64,000 bases of DNA from a virus (Duplodnaviria; Caudoviricetes). The stretch lies in IMG/VR virus record IMGVR_UViG_3300020151_001109, positions 35,535-99,534 of that record; one strand, written 5' to 3'. Positions 19,855 through 30,213 of this stretch are shown here, one piece after another. Position 1 is the first letter of the stretch. Every line of letters starts with the position of its first letter. Below the pieces are notes generated by a model. It was not told where the DNA came from and did no database searches. It saw nothing but the letters and a program-made list of their open reading frames with translations. Both the position numbers and the translations under genes were made by a program.

Positions 19855-20233
19855 TGCTGATTGGTACGCAAGAAAGTTGGGTTCACAAAAACCAACTTCT
19901 CCTGCACCACAAACTTCCCCAAACCCTATGATGCCCTACCGACAGGTACAGCAGACTCCAAATGTTCCTGTAGCCTATGATCAAAAAACTGACCAAGTAG
20001 TTGTAAAAGCACAGAGTGCACAGAATCCTGAAAATTGCCCCGGCTGCTTTTCTGGTAACTACTTTGCCCCATTAGGTACTCAAAGAAAACGCTGCTATGA
20101 TTGCGGCTATCCGATAGTTCAAGCAGGTAGTGGCGTAAGCGGCACCGGTAATGGTGGAGCACCTATTGCAGCAAAACAAGTCGGACAATCTGGCGGATTT
20201 AATCCAACGACAATTGTAGGAAGGTTAGAGTAA
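19847..20233 (+). CDS. Zinc-ribbon hypothetical protein
   Basis: CPGC.SGNY...RCYDCGYP. Confidence 0.65.
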   Translation: MSNADWYARKLGSQKPTSPAPQTSPNPMMPYRQVQQTPNVPVAYDQKTDQVVVKAQSAQNPENCPGCFSGNYFAPLGTQRKRCYDCGYPIVQAGSGVSGTGNGGAPIAAKQVGQSGGFNPTTIVGRLE

Positions 20234-21300
20234 TGGTTTCAACAATAAACTCTGAAGCACTAAAAGTAATGGCTCAAATTAATAAGAAGAGCGGCGCAAA
20301 TACTGTTGTATTCGCAAGCCAAATAAACATTGCTAAACGTATTACTACCGGCTCTTTAACCTTTGATACTGTCCTAGGTGGCGGTTGGCCCATGAATCAT
20401 TGGGTTGAAATTGTTGGGGAAGCATCCCACGGTAAGACCGCTATTGCCCTTAAAACAATTGGAGCAAATCAAAAGCTTAACCCAGACTTCACTGTTGTCT
20501 GGATTGCGGCTGAGCAGTTTGATCCAGAATACGCAAAGATGTGTGGCGTAGATGTTAATCGAGTATTACTTGTTGAAACTAATAGTATGGAGGAAGCTTT
20601 TGAATCGGTTATTCAATTTATGGAAAGTAAGTCTGTGGACATGGTCGTTATCGATTCTCTTCCTGCCCTGGTCCCTAGCGCAGAAGATGAAAAGAATATG
20701 GACGAATTTACTGTGGGTCGTGGCGCACTTATTACCAATAAGTTCTTTAGAAAAGTGGCGTCAGCTACCAAGCGAGACCTCGTCGAAGAAGAAAGACCAG
20801 TTCTAGGAATAATGATTAATCAGTACCGGATGAAGATCGGGGTAATGCACGGCGACCCTAGAACTACTCCAGGTGGCTTAGGCAAGGACTATGCCTACAG
20901 CGTTCGGTGCGAGGTAAAGCGAGATGACTGGCTAGAGACTGGCACAGGAGAGAGCAAGCGCCGTGTAGGACAGACTATACGAGTCAGAACTATCAAAAAT
21001 AAGACTTATCCCCCACAACAAACCGCTTATATGGACTTCTACTTTGCCGATGGCGGGGCTATTGATGCCGGGGACTATGACTTTGGCAAGGAGATCGTGG
21101 CTATGTCTATCCTGAACGGGGTAGTTGAAAGGCGCGGCGGATGGTTGTATTATAAGGATCGTAAATGGCAGGGTGCAGTGAACCTGATTAGCTCAATCCG
21201 TGAAGAGGTTGATCTAAAGGAAGAACTTTCCCACGCTGTAATGGATACCTTAAAACATGGAGCACCACTTCAGGTAGAGATACTTGACGATGAAGAGTGA
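20233..21300 (+). CDS. recA: RecA recombinase
   Basis: TTGSL.FD..LGGGWP, GEASHGKT, VIDSLPALVP, INQYRMKIGVMHGDPRTTPGG. Confidence 0.96.
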   Translation: MVSTINSEALKVMAQINKKSGANTVVFASQINIAKRITTGSLTFDTVLGGGWPMNHWVEIVGEASHGKTAIALKTIGANQKLNPDFTVVWIAAEQFDPEYAKMCGVDVNRVLLVETNSMEEAFESVIQFMESKSVDMVVIDSLPALVPSAEDEKNMDEFTVGRGALITNKFFRKVASATKRDLVEEERPVLGIMINQYRMKIGVMHGDPRTTPGGLGKDYAYSVRCEVKRDDWLETGTGESKRRVGQTIRVRTIKNKTYPPQQTAYMDFYFADGGAIDAGDYDFGKEIVAMSILNGVVERRGGWLYYKDRKWQGAVNLISSIREEVDLKEELSHAVMDTLKHGAPLQVEILDDEE

Positions 21301-21607
21301 AGGCCAGAAACAATCTCTTAAGCATGAAAAACGTTTAGAAAAAATCCTTGGCGGACAAAGAAGCGCCGGTTCCGGAGCTTTTTGGTCTCGCAAGGGAGAT
21401 GTCAGAACTGATGATCTTTTAATAGAGCATAAGTGGACAGGTAAAAAAACAGTAACGATCAAGTCAGAAGTCTTGAAAAAGATAACAAAAGAAGCAATTT
21501 TAGACAGCCGTACTCCGGTACTAGGCATTCATCTCGACGGTGAAAATTACGTTCTTCTGGGAGAGGAGGATTTTTTTGAGTTACGTAATTATGTTAGAGG
21601 TGAATAG
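21290..21607 (+). CDS. PD-(D/E)xK Holliday junction resolvase-like nuclease
   Basis: E...GSGA...KGDV....LIEHK. Confidence 0.8.
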   Translation: MKSEGQKQSLKHEKRLEKILGGQRSAGSGAFWSRKGDVRTDDLLIEHKWTGKKTVTIKSEVLKKITKEAILDSRTPVLGIHLDGENYVLLGEEDFFELRNYVRGE

Positions 21608-21925
21608 TTGTCAGACGTTAACAACCCGTCTTGGGCTTGGAGATATGAAGCAAAGTGTCGAGGAGAAGACACTGAGATATTCTTCCCACCACGGGATAAA
21701 AAATTATACAAACCCATAGCTGACTCAGCTAAGGCAATTTGCTACGGTCGAGACGGCAGGCCCCCCTGCCCCGTAAGAAAGCAGTGCCTAAAAGAGTCTA
21801 TTAAGAATGATGAGCTTCATGGTATCTTTGGTGGCATGAGCCATCGGGAACGAAACGCTCTTAAACGAAAGTACACCAAACTGGGATATACCTTGGAAAA
21901 ATGGCTAGAGGAGAAGGAAAAATAA
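21608..21925 (+). CDS. whiB: WhiB family transcription factor (copy 2)
   Basis: AKCRGEDTEIFFP..AKAIC..CPVRKQC..GIFGGMSHRER. Confidence 0.92.
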   Translation: MSDVNNPSWAWRYEAKCRGEDTEIFFPPRDKKLYKPIADSAKAICYGRDGRPPCPVRKQCLKESIKNDELHGIFGGMSHRERNALKRKYTKLGYTLEKWLEEKEK

Positions 21926-21927
21926 CA

Positions 21928-22788
21928 ATGGAAAATAACGTCATATCTAGTATTAAATTAAAAAACTATCTTGATACTAAAAAAAGAGATACTAGATTGA
22001 TGGGCGCCATTGAGCGACACATTTTATCAAAAGATTTCGATAATAGAGATCAAACTGTGTTGCATCCTTCTGATATAATTAAGCCGGAGTGGTGTGCTCT
22101 CGCTTCCTATCACGCATTGAATGGTAATTATGTAGAAACTAGGGAGCGCCCCACTCTACGTTTGCAGTCTATCTTTGATGCAGGACACGGAGCTCACGCT
22201 AAGTGGCAAACTTATTTGCGTGAGATGGGCGTGCTTTACGGCGTTTGGGGCGATAAGACCGGTACGTCTTGGGGTATTTCTTCAGACATTCATAAAAGCG
22301 TTGACTATAAAGAAGTCCCCCTAGTAAGTAAGCGACACAGAATTTCTGGCCATTCTGATGGTTGGGTTAAGGGTTTAGGTGATGATTTCTTAATTGAAAT
22401 TAAAACCATAGGGTCCGGAACCATTCGTATGGAAGCTCCGGGGTTATTTAACGGAGCACAGGACGTAGAGTCCGCTTGGCGCAACATTCGCCAACCTTTT
22501 CCAAGCCACATCCTACAAGGGCAGGTATATCTACACCTTGCCCATATTATGGTTGAGGATGGATTACTAGAGTCAGCACCATCTGAGATCGTTTACATAT
22601 ATGAGTTAAAAGCAAACCAAGATTACAAAGAATTTTCTGTAGCATACAACCCTGAGCATTCAGCCCAGTTTTTTGACTCAGCGCTAGATGTTGTTTGGGC
22701 TCTAGAGAATAATCGCCCTCCTCAGTGCAATATTGATTCTGTGATAGGCTGCTCCCGCTGTAAACCATTTAGGGGAGAAAATGCCTGA
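21928..22788 (+). CDS. Cas4/RecB-like exonuclease
   Basis: HPSD...WC, GH..H, GHSDG, IEIKT, Q...Y, C-terminal C......CSRC. Confidence 0.8.
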   Translation: MENNVISSIKLKNYLDTKKRDTRLMGAIERHILSKDFDNRDQTVLHPSDIIKPEWCALASYHALNGNYVETRERPTLRLQSIFDAGHGAHAKWQTYLREMGVLYGVWGDKTGTSWGISSDIHKSVDYKEVPLVSKRHRISGHSDGWVKGLGDDFLIEIKTIGSGTIRMEAPGLFNGAQDVESAWRNIRQPFPSHILQGQVYLHLAHIMVEDGLLESAPSEIVYIYELKANQDYKEFSVAYNPEHSAQFFDSALDVVWALENNRPPQCNIDSVIGCSRCKPFRGENA

Positions 22789-22951
22789 TTACGAATACAA
22801 GTGCAGTAAGTGTCAAGAGATAACTGAAAGCTTTTTTCCAATTGCGGATGGCCCCTCTCCGGCAGTAGTATGCAAGTGTGGGGGAGAGGCATTTCGCCTG
22901 TACTCGACATTTGGGATCCAATTAAAAGGCGGAGGGTGGGGCGGTCAATGA
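22781..22951 (+). CDS. FmdB-family zinc ribbon protein, 56 aa (not in ORF track)
   Basis: MPDYEYKCSKC...CKCGG...LKGGGW. Confidence 0.85.
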   Translation: MPDYEYKCSKCQEITESFFPIADGPSPAVVCKCGGEAFRLYSTFGIQLKGGGWGGQ

Positions 22952-23430
22952 GTATCAGCAATAACGTTTTAAAGTCTTTAGGTGAGTTGGGGTTTACTCT
23001 TTCACCTAAACCGGTATATGAGATTCCAGCATTACCGTTAGATATAACCGAACTAGATGACGAGGCTCTTATGGAACTGTTCGTCCAGTTTACTCAGTGG
23101 AATGATCATCTTTCTGGGGCTAGGGCTATTGCAATCATTAATGAGCGCGAAGCAGAGCGCAGCCTAGATGCTGTAGAAGCTCAGTGCATGTTAGATAACT
23201 GGCAGGGTGGTAAGGGAGACCGAGTAGCCGTAGTTAAAGCCGCTATTACAACAAATCCACTTGTTGAAAAATGCAAGCATGAGTTAGACGTTCAATATGC
23301 TTTTCGTAAACTATTAGAGATGCGTGCAGAAAACGTAGAGCGAGACTCCCAACTAGTTTCTAGAGAGTTAACTCGCCGCACATCCGATGGGGGTAGTTTT
23401 CGCAGTAGGACGCGTAAGTTCACGACATGA
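22948..23430 (+). CDS. Helical hypothetical protein (possible recombination mediator)
   Basis: ATGA coupling; ends VSRELTRR; recombination block. Confidence 0.55.
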   Translation: MSISNNVLKSLGELGFTLSPKPVYEIPALPLDITELDDEALMELFVQFTQWNDHLSGARAIAIINEREAERSLDAVEAQCMLDNWQGGKGDRVAVVKAAITTNPLVEKCKHELDVQYAFRKLLEMRAENVERDSQLVSRELTRRTSDGGSFRSRTRKFTT

Positions 23431-24014
23431 CCGCCTATAAAGGAAAGTTAAAGGTTATAGACGGTGGGCTAGACCTTACCGATAGATCTAAAAAGTACAT
23501 AGGTCTTGATCAGTCATATACAGGATTTGCTATAACTGTAATTAATGAAGACGGTAAATATAAGACTTTTGTGTATAAGTCCGCAGGACACGGAGTAGAG
23601 CGTTTACTGGACATATATCACTTTATGGGTTCAGAGGTATTTGAGGTTGCCTTAAATGTTGTTGACTCAGCTATGGAAGGCTATGCCTATAACAGCACAA
23701 TGGCTCATATGGCTGGCGAACTTGGCGGCCTAGTTAAGATTGAGCTTCGTCATTGGTTTTATGATTCTGAGGCTAAATACCCTTACATTGTCGCTCCAGC
23801 GATGCTTAAGAAGTATATTACTGGTAAAGGGACTGGGGTACAGAAAAACCAGATATTGCTGAATGTGTACAAGAAATGGGGCATAGAGTTTAATGACGAT
23901 AATGCCGCAGACTCCTATGGATTAGCTCGAATAGCCGCCGGTATGGGGGAGCTAACCTATGAAAAGGAGATAATTAAAAAGCTTTTAGACCCTAAATTTA
24001 AAGAAAAACCCTGA
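23427..24014 (+). CDS. ruvC: RuvC-like Holliday junction resolvase
   Basis: IGLDQSYTG, MEGYAY, LKKYITGKG, DNAADSYGLA. Confidence 0.88.
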   Translation: MTAYKGKLKVIDGGLDLTDRSKKYIGLDQSYTGFAITVINEDGKYKTFVYKSAGHGVERLLDIYHFMGSEVFEVALNVVDSAMEGYAYNSTMAHMAGELGGLVKIELRHWFYDSEAKYPYIVAPAMLKKYITGKGTGVQKNQILLNVYKKWGIEFNDDNAADSYGLARIAAGMGELTYEKEIIKKLLDPKFKEKP

Positions 24015-24063
24015 TACTTATTCCTGAGGGCACTACAAATCGAACCCAAAGGAATACTACATC

Positions 24064-24336
24064 GTGTCAGAAGAAGAAAAATTTTTACGTGTTGGGGCTG
24101 GATCAAACGCCCAATCGGTGGGGTCGGCAATTGCCCACGCCCTATATGAATCCCCTCAAGTTAAACTTAGAGCTGTAGGTGCTTCGGCTGTAAATCAAGC
24201 TGTAAAAGCTATCGCTATCGCTAGAGGCTATGTTGCCCCTCGAGGACTAGACTTAACTTGCCGACCTGGATTTACCACTGTTGACTCAAGAGATGGTCAG
24301 ATTAGCGCCATAGTTTTTACAATTAGCGTAAACTAA
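24064..24336 (+). CDS. spoVS: SpoVS family protein
   Basis: SVGSAIA...AVGASAVNQAVKAIAIARGYVAP.G.DL.C.PGF matches the SpoVS signature. Confidence 0.9.
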   Translation: MSEEEKFLRVGAGSNAQSVGSAIAHALYESPQVKLRAVGASAVNQAVKAIAIARGYVAPRGLDLTCRPGFTTVDSRDGQISAIVFTISVN

Positions 24337-24371
24337 TCTCGAGATCTCAACTCTACCTTAAGGAAGTAAAA

Positions 24372-24677
24372 ATGGCCAAAGAACGTAAGACTATGGGTAA
24401 AGAGGGTGCGAAGTTTACTTCCCCTTCAGCATCACCCAAGGCAGGAACTCTTATTAAGAAAAAGGGCGCACAAGCTGCTGATCCTTATGCACAACCTCTA
24501 AACAAGCGTGGAACCATCGCTCCAGACCATGATGGTGCTGCTCACCGAATTACTGTTAAGTACATGCCTCAAACTTCACCAGAAGCCGCTAATACCCAGG
24601 CTAATGGTCGAGTCATGAGTCCAAGCATCAAGCGAAGCAACGATAGCTTCGGTCAAGGAATGAGCACGTCCTACTAA
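24372..24677 (+). CDS. Hypothetical basic protein
   Basis: AAGGAAG SD. Confidence 0.6.
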   Translation: MAKERKTMGKEGAKFTSPSASPKAGTLIKKKGAQAADPYAQPLNKRGTIAPDHDGAAHRITVKYMPQTSPEAANTQANGRVMSPSIKRSNDSFGQGMSTSY

Positions 24678-24690
24678 TTTAGTGTATGCT

Positions 24691-24720
24691 CTCTACTAGG
24701 CCTTAACGGGCTTAGTAGAG
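24691..24720 (+). terminator. Intergenic hairpin
   Basis: CTCTACTAGGCC / GGCTTAGTAGAG. Confidence 0.45.
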
Positions 24721-24734
24721 AGGTACTAAAAAGG

Positions 24735-24980
24735 ATGGGGCAGACAATGTTAGAAGATCTTTATGCAGTTGCAAAAGATGAAAGAAAAAACGCTTTATAT
24801 TGCGTAGTAGGACAGTGGGCCGCTTCTTTGCCACACAATGATCACGAAGCATTTGAAAAATCAATTAATGATGTAGACTTCTCAACTAGAAGTCTTTTTA
24901 AGTTGTATCAAAAAGCTGGAGCGCAATTTGGACTAACCTCATTGCTTACACACCGAAACGGAGATTGCGGATGTCCTTAA
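24735..24980 (+). CDS. Hypothetical protein
   Basis: C...HRNGDCGC; coupled to phosphoesterase. Confidence 0.6.
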   Translation: MGQTMLEDLYAVAKDERKNALYCVVGQWAASLPHNDHEAFEKSINDVDFSTRSLFKLYQKAGAQFGLTSLLTHRNGDCGCP

Positions 24981-26152
24981 GCGATGAATATAGCGACGCC
25001 ATAATTAAGGCGGGTCAAGAAGGATCGGACAAGTTAAATAAGAATATTCCCGAAACTTGGCGACCACGTTCTGAAATTGGAACAGACGGTGGTTTTGTTG
25101 TTTCTACTCCAAGACCAGATGGAAACACTCCCGGAGCAGAAGAGATTTTAAGAGAAGCTAACTTAGATCCTGCAGAGTGGGCTGTTGTTTCACATCGCCG
25201 ATCTCGTTGGCAGAAGTATGACGGAGAGTGGCTAGAGTCATTTAGAATTAACGTTGTTCCAGTAAACGGATCTACAGAAAAAGATTACGATCTTGTAGAA
25301 TTGCTTGACAATATAAATAAGTGGAAGCCAGGAAAAGTAATTGATAACGCGGGAGATTTAACTGCGGTATACAGCATCGGAGATACCCAATACGGTAAAG
25401 ATGATACTCCGGCTATTATTAACCGAGTTCTTTTATCTTTAGACGAAGCAGTAGAACATCAAAAGTATTTATCAAAGAAATATAAGATCGGTCAGATTGC
25501 ATTGCCACAACTTGGTGATTGCATTGAGGGAATGACAAGTCAAAAGGGCAAGGTTATGGGGCGCCACGACATTGGTGTTTCAGAGCAGGTTCGTGTAGGT
25601 AGGCGAATGCTTCTTGCACAGGTTAAGGCTTTTGCACCTTTGGCAAATAAGATTATTATTCCGGTAGTTCCAGGAAACCATGATGAGGTTCAACGTTTCT
25701 TAGTTGGTCGCCCTGAAGACTCATGGCAAATTGAAGTAGTTTCTCAAGTAGAAGATATCTGTAAAGAAAATGATTTCCTAAGAGATCGAGTTGAGTTTCG
25801 CTACCCTGCTGCAGATGACAGCACACTAACTGTTAATCTAAGCGGTGTTATGTACGGCATGGCTCACGGTCACCAAGCTCGTGACATGGTTAAGTGGTGG
25901 GCTGGTCAGGCTATGGGACGTTGTTCAGTAGCTCAAGCAGACATACTTAATGTTGGTCATTACCACCACTATCGTTCACAGAACGTGGGTCCAAGATTGT
26001 TTATTCAAAATCCAGCAATGGATAACGGATCTGCTTGGTTTAGGGATAAGTCCGGGCTTGAAAGCGCACCGGGAATTATTTCTTTAGTAGTTGGAGATGG
26101 ACTAGATCCACGAAGAGAACTTGTTGTACTTGGTGGTAAAAACGATCGTTAA
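24971..26152 (+). CDS. Calcineurin-like metallophosphoesterase
   Basis: GDTQYGK, LGDCIEG, PGNHD, AHGH, GHYHH. Confidence 0.88.
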   Translation: MSLSDEYSDAIIKAGQEGSDKLNKNIPETWRPRSEIGTDGGFVVSTPRPDGNTPGAEEILREANLDPAEWAVVSHRRSRWQKYDGEWLESFRINVVPVNGSTEKDYDLVELLDNINKWKPGKVIDNAGDLTAVYSIGDTQYGKDDTPAIINRVLLSLDEAVEHQKYLSKKYKIGQIALPQLGDCIEGMTSQKGKVMGRHDIGVSEQVRVGRRMLLAQVKAFAPLANKIIIPVVPGNHDEVQRFLVGRPEDSWQIEVVSQVEDICKENDFLRDRVEFRYPAADDSTLTVNLSGVMYGMAHGHQARDMVKWWAGQAMGRCSVAQADILNVGHYHHYRSQNVGPRLFIQNPAMDNGSAWFRDKSGLESAPGIISLVVGDGLDPRRELVVLGGKNDR

Positions 26153-26240
26153 CGCTCTGCCCACCACATCCCAAGGATAGTAATAACGACTAGCGTTACT
26201 ATTGCTATTCCTTGAAATGTGAAGTGGGTGAGGTAATACA

Positions 26241-26807
26241 TTACTTACCGCAGGTAGGGCAAACTTTCGCCTCTGCTTTAGGTTTTTCTGCGGCAACAGC
26301 TCCGGCACCCTTAAACTTAGGGCGACCAAAACCAACGATAGAGATCATAACGCCAGCTTTGTTTTTCTTGAAGGCACGAAGTTGTTTGCAAACTTCTCCG
26401 CCATTTCGTTGGCTTCCAGACTTCTTTGAAGATGTGTTGCCTTCTATACACCAGACTGTTCCATCTTCGTTGTCCTTAATAACAATTCCAACGTGACTAA
26501 TTCGGTCTACGCCATCTGATGGGAAATCAAAATAGGCGATATCACCTGGTTCAGGATCTGCAATGTCTCCATCAATCCAAGCCCCAGACTTCTTAAATGC
26601 TGCAGCTCCACCCGGAGTGTAAACAGTATTAGGAACCTTTACGCCAGCTTCGTTAGCGCACCAGTTTACGAAAGACCCACACCATGGCTGAAAATTAGCC
26701 TTTGTGTAAGCGCCGTACTTTGTTTCGTTATCTTTAGGGCCTTCAATTACGCCAATCTCAGCCTTAGCAACTTCAATGAGGCGTGCTACGGTTCCTTGAT
26801 CTGCCAT
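26241..26807 (-). CDS. CHAP-domain endolysin
   Basis: PWCGSFV, PGDI.YFD, SHVGIV, IEGNT, GFGRP; ATG at 26807. Confidence 0.88.
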   Translation of the reverse strand: MADQGTVARLIEVAKAEIGVIEGPKDNETKYGAYTKANFQPWCGSFVNWCANEAGVKVPNTVYTPGGAAAFKKSGAWIDGDIADPEPGDIAYFDFPSDGVDRISHVGIVIKDNEDGTVWCIEGNTSSKKSGSQRNGGEVCKQLRAFKKNKAGVMISIVGFGRPKFKGAGAVAAEKPKAEAKVCPTCGK

Positions 26808-27217
26808 TAGTCTTTGTCCCAATCTGTATCAACTGGTTGTTCCTCTGGCATTTGACCATTTGGCTTTGCAGCTAAGCGTGCAGCTGTAGCATCAATCTCT
26901 GCCTCAAGCTTCTTGTCTGCCTGTGTATTCTTGGCATCCATTTCTTTATTCTGAAGCTGGGCTGCCATAATATCCTTGGCGCCTGAGTTACCGATCAAAA
27001 TACCGGCAAGGGTTCCTGTAATAAAAGTAGCTATGCTGCCGAGCACATTAAAAAACATTTTGTCATTCTCTGACTGAGCTCCAATAGGTTGTGTTACGAA
27101 TAGGAGTCCGTACAAGATACCTAGAGCTGTAAAAAATAGGATGAGGCCAAGAATAGTTCCTAGCATAAACTTTAATCTGGAATCTAATTCGGCTGGGGTT
27201 AGGCGTGCTTTACTCAT
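26807..27217 (-). CDS. Two-TM membrane protein (holin/spanin-like)
   Basis: Two hydrophobic helices; coupled to endolysin. Confidence 0.6.
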   Translation of the reverse strand: MSKARLTPAELDSRLKFMLGTILGLILFFTALGILYGLLFVTQPIGAQSENDKMFFNVLGSIATFITGTLAGILIGNSGAKDIMAAQLQNKEMDAKNTQADKKLEAEIDATAARLAAKPNGQMPEEQPVDTDWDKD

Positions 27218-27434
27218 TTGGTGTTCCCGTTTCTGCTGTTGCTGTGGTTCCGTCTAGTGGGGCTGTTTTGACCAAGTCTACAGGACAAGTTTGTGCTGCA
27301 GTACATATAGGTGGTTTACACTCTGCTTTTTCCCAATTTGTTGGGTCTTGGCAGGGATATCGATAAAATCCGCTATAACCGCAGCTGGTCAATGACACAG
27401 CTAATACGGCGCATAGCAATAGTCTTTTAATCAT
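27210..27434 (-). CDS. Small lipoprotein
   Basis: Lipobox LTSC; YRYPCQDP.NW...EC.PP.C. Confidence 0.7.
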   Translation of the reverse strand: MIKRLLLCAVLAVSLTSCGYSGFYRYPCQDPTNWEKAECKPPICTAAQTCPVDLVKTAPLDGTTATAETGTPNE

Positions 27435-27601
27435 TCTTCGTCCTTTGGGTTTCTAAGTGGATATGTAATTGCCCAAGCAACCAAAGTAGCTATGATTGCA
27501 TATCCAACAACGGTCTTTGCGGATCCGTCAAGAACAACCCAGGCAATAAACATACCTAGAAGTGTCCATAGTTGGTCAATCATGTCTCTAATTATCTTCA
27601 T
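27431..27601 (-). CDS. 56-aa two-TM protein (not in ORF track)
   Basis: [28 protein letters not shown]; ATGA overlaps at both ends. Confidence 0.7.
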   Translation of the reverse strand: MKIIRDMIDQLWTLLGMFIAWVVLDGSAKTVVGYAIIATLVAWAITYPLRNPKDEE

Positions 27602-29904
27602 GGCTTACGTCTCCTTACGCCTTTACTATCTCCTGATGGACCTCCGCCACCAGAACTTCCGCCCCCTCCACCACTTGAACCACCGGTACTTGAACCAGCA
27701 GCTCCAGCAGCCGCACCGACCGCATTCATGGCAGCACCAGATGCAATTACAGCAGCAACTACCATTTCTTGTGCTTCTTCACGTTCTTCTGTAGACATAT
27801 CAGCGCCTATACTTCCAAGCGCTTGGAGGGCTTCTCCCGGATCACTGAATATTGCACCGATTAATTCCGCGGGGTTCTCTAATAGCACAAGGGCCGCAGC
27901 AACGTCTGCCGTAATTATAACTTCATTGCCGTTTTCATCCTGCCTAACCTCAACTGGGGTCTCTGCTGGCAAGTCCTTATACTCAATGCCGGCATCTTGA
28001 ATTTGCTCCGATGTAAGTGTTTCTCCAGGAGCTACGGACTCAATAAGAGCTTCTGCTACCAACTCTTTTTCGGCAGTAGTTAATTTTCCGTCTTCTGCTA
28101 AAGCTTCAGATAGAGCGGACACTTCCTCAGCGGTAACTTCTCCATCTGAGTTTAGGGCGTCCATGATGTCCTCAGAATCGGCAGCAGAAAGATTTCCGTC
28201 AGATAAGACATCTTCCACGGCGGCATCTACTTCCTCCTCAGGTGTGGTAGGCTCTGGGAATGATTCTTCTAACGGATTTTCTGGCTCTATTTCTGGTAAC
28301 TCTGGTTGTGGTTCTTCTTCCACGGGTGGTTCGACTTCCTCAACAGGCACCTCGGGCTCTTCGACTGGCTCTTCGGGCTCTACCGGTTCTTGTGGCTCTT
28401 CTATGGGTTGCTCTGGCTCTTCTGTGGAGGGCTCAGTAGGTGATTCGGGCTCGGGAGTTGGTTCAGGCTCTACAGGCTGCTCAGGAACAGGTTCTGGCTC
28501 TGGCTCAGGAACAGGCACGGGTGTTGGGTCTGGCTGCGGCGTTGGTTCAGGCTCAGGAGTCGGTGTTGGCTCAGGTTGAGGAACGGGTTGAGGTTCTGGA
28601 ACCGGGATGGGATCAGGGACCACTGGTTGAACTATAGGTGTTGGAACTTGCAAAGCAGCGACCGCTACTGCTACGCTAGCAGTTGCAGTATCTGCTAATT
28701 GATTTGCTGCAATAACCGCTGTATTAGCTGTTGATTGGAGGGTTGTCAATGTCTCAGTTTCTGTTGTTAGTGTGGTCTGAGCTGATGCAAGCGCTGTCTC
28801 TGCTACTTCTTTCACTTGCGTCTTATCTGTAACCACTTCTTCTGCAGTAGTAACCGCAGCAACAAGGGTTGGATTTTGTACCGTAACTGAAGTAGTTTCG
28901 TTGTGGCTTAAATACTCAGCTCCAACACCCGTATGAATTCCACTGTGTTGCCATGCTAGGTGCAGCATTGCGCCACCACCATTTTCGTAATACCAAACAG
29001 CAATATCCTTAGTGCGATCTGTAGTAAAGTCAAGCCAGTTACTAGCATAGCTCCAGGTAGGCCCTTGATCTACCCAGTTATTAACTACTAATTGGTTGTC
29101 TATGTATATTCTGGCGCCATCATCTGATAAGGCTAAGAATCTAATGCTATTTACTCCTTCTGGGGCTGTTACTTGACCCTCATAAGTGACAATCACATCT
29201 TCCGACCTGTTAGATCCGGCAACATTTCCGCCGCCCCACTGCTCATTAATCCCATTAGTATCTACGGCGGTGTGTACAGGAGCAGCTCCCTCAGGTAATA
29301 CCGGCGCGTTATTCTGACCCTGAACGTTATATACCTTTACAACAAGGCCCGGTTCTGTGGATACAACGGTTTCTGTCTCAATTAATGGGGCTGTAGCTAA
29401 TGTTGTTTGAGCTGTAGTCAGGTCAGTTTGAGCATTAGTTAAGTTAGTGGTAGCAACAGCAACCACGGCTGTAGCCGAATCTACCACTGTAGTTGCTGTA
29501 GCAACCACCGCTGTTTGAGAGTCAACAGCAGCCACAGCTACGGCCGCAACAGCTGTTGCCGATTCCGCAGCTACAATTGCTGTTTGAGCCTCAGCTACCG
29601 GTGTAGCTGCTGCAATAACCTGCTCTGGTGAAGCACTTGCAATGGCTGTGCTTAATGTTATAGTTGCCGTCTCAATTTGTGATTGAACGGAGGATACAGT
29701 TGGAGTCTCAACCTGAGGTGTCGAAAGAGCAGGAGTCGGAGTTGAATCGGGAGGCTGATCGCCAGTGGGCGGAGAAGAATCTGTGGAGGCAGGAGTAACT
29801 ACAACCGTTTCTGGAGTCGGTTCTTCTGCATAAGATGTATATTGGCCCAATATAAATAGGAATAGTGTAAGGATTAGTGCTGCGAATAGGCGCAGTAGAG
29901 TTAT
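27598..29904 (-). CDS. Secreted/anchored PA14-domain protein with Pro/Glu-rich stalk
   Basis: [10 protein letters not shown]...NWVDQG...[10 protein letters not shown]14 motif; PE repeats; in-frame signal peptide upstream of track start (29850), likely starting at ATA 29904. Confidence 0.75.
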   Translation of the reverse strand: MTLLRLFAALILTLFLFILGQYTSYAEEPTPETVVVTPASTDSSPPTGDQPPDSTPTPALSTPQVETPTVSSVQSQIETATITLSTAIASASPEQVIAAATPVAEAQTAIVAAESATAVAAVAVAAVDSQTAVVATATTVVDSATAVVAVATTNLTNAQTDLTTAQTTLATAPLIETETVVSTEPGLVVKVYNVQGQNNAPVLPEGAAPVHTAVDTNGINEQWGGGNVAGSNRSEDVIVTYEGQVTAPEGVNSIRFLALSDDGARIYIDNQLVVNNWVDQGPTWSYASNWLDFTTDRTKDIAVWYYENGGGAMLHLAWQHSGIHTGVGAEYLSHNETTSVTVQNPTLVAAVTTAEEVVTDKTQVKEVAETALASAQTTLTTETETLTTLQSTANTAVIAANQLADTATASVAVAVAALQVPTPIVQPVVPDPIPVPEPQPVPQPEPTPTPEPEPTPQPDPTPVPVPEPEPEPVPEQPVEPEPTPEPESPTEPSTEEPEQPIEEPQEPVEPEEPVEEPEVPVEEVEPPVEEEPQPELPEIEPENPLEESFPEPTTPEEEVDAAVEDVLSDGNLSAADSEDIMDALNSDGEVTAEEVSALSEALAEDGKLTTAEKELVAEALIESVAPGETLTSEQIQDAGIEYKDLPAETPVEVRQDENGNEVIITADVAAALVLLENPAELIGAIFSDPGEALQALGSIGADMSTEEREEAQEMVVAAVIASGAAMNAVGAAAGAAGSSTGGSSGGGGGSSGGGGPSGDSKGVRRRKP

Positions 29905-30002
29905 TTTATCTCCTTCTTAACTATATCTTGTTACTTTATCATGACAAGTCGTATCTCGTGTATCATAGTTGCCCCTACAACTTGTTCTTTGGGAGATATT
30001 AG

Positions 30003-30203
30003 ATGTCAGCACAAGATTGGGCAGCTTTTTGCCTAACTTTAGTTTCGCTAATTGGTTCAATTGGCGTAATGGTTAGATATATGGTTAAACATTATTTAAG
30101 CGAACTTAAGCCCAATTCGGGAACAAGTTTACGCGATTCTGTCGATCGACTTGAAAAGCGTATTGATGAGCTTTTTGTAGCTCTAATAGACAAGAAAAAA
30201 TAA
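30003..30203 (+). CDS. Holin-like / membrane protein
   Basis: One TM then ELKPNSGTSLRD.VDRLE, common in actinophage lysis cassettes. Confidence 0.65.
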   Translation: MSAQDWAAFCLTLVSLIGSIGVMVRYMVKHYLSELKPNSGTSLRDSVDRLEKRIDELFVALIDKKK

Positions 30204-30213
30204 GGAGTAATAA

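Noticed and set aside
22781-22951. Pup-like modifier (C-terminal GGQ) pairing with the proteasome-beta gene
   Set aside because: The protein is a normal FmdB zinc ribbon; no Pup helix; no PafA/Dop in the window
27572-28637. Plus-strand Ser/Gly- or Pro-rich ORFs
   Set aside because: Antisense shadows of the low-complexity PA14 protein
28300-28640. Tandem DNA repeats
   Set aside because: Explained by Pro-Glu/Pro-Val coding repeats
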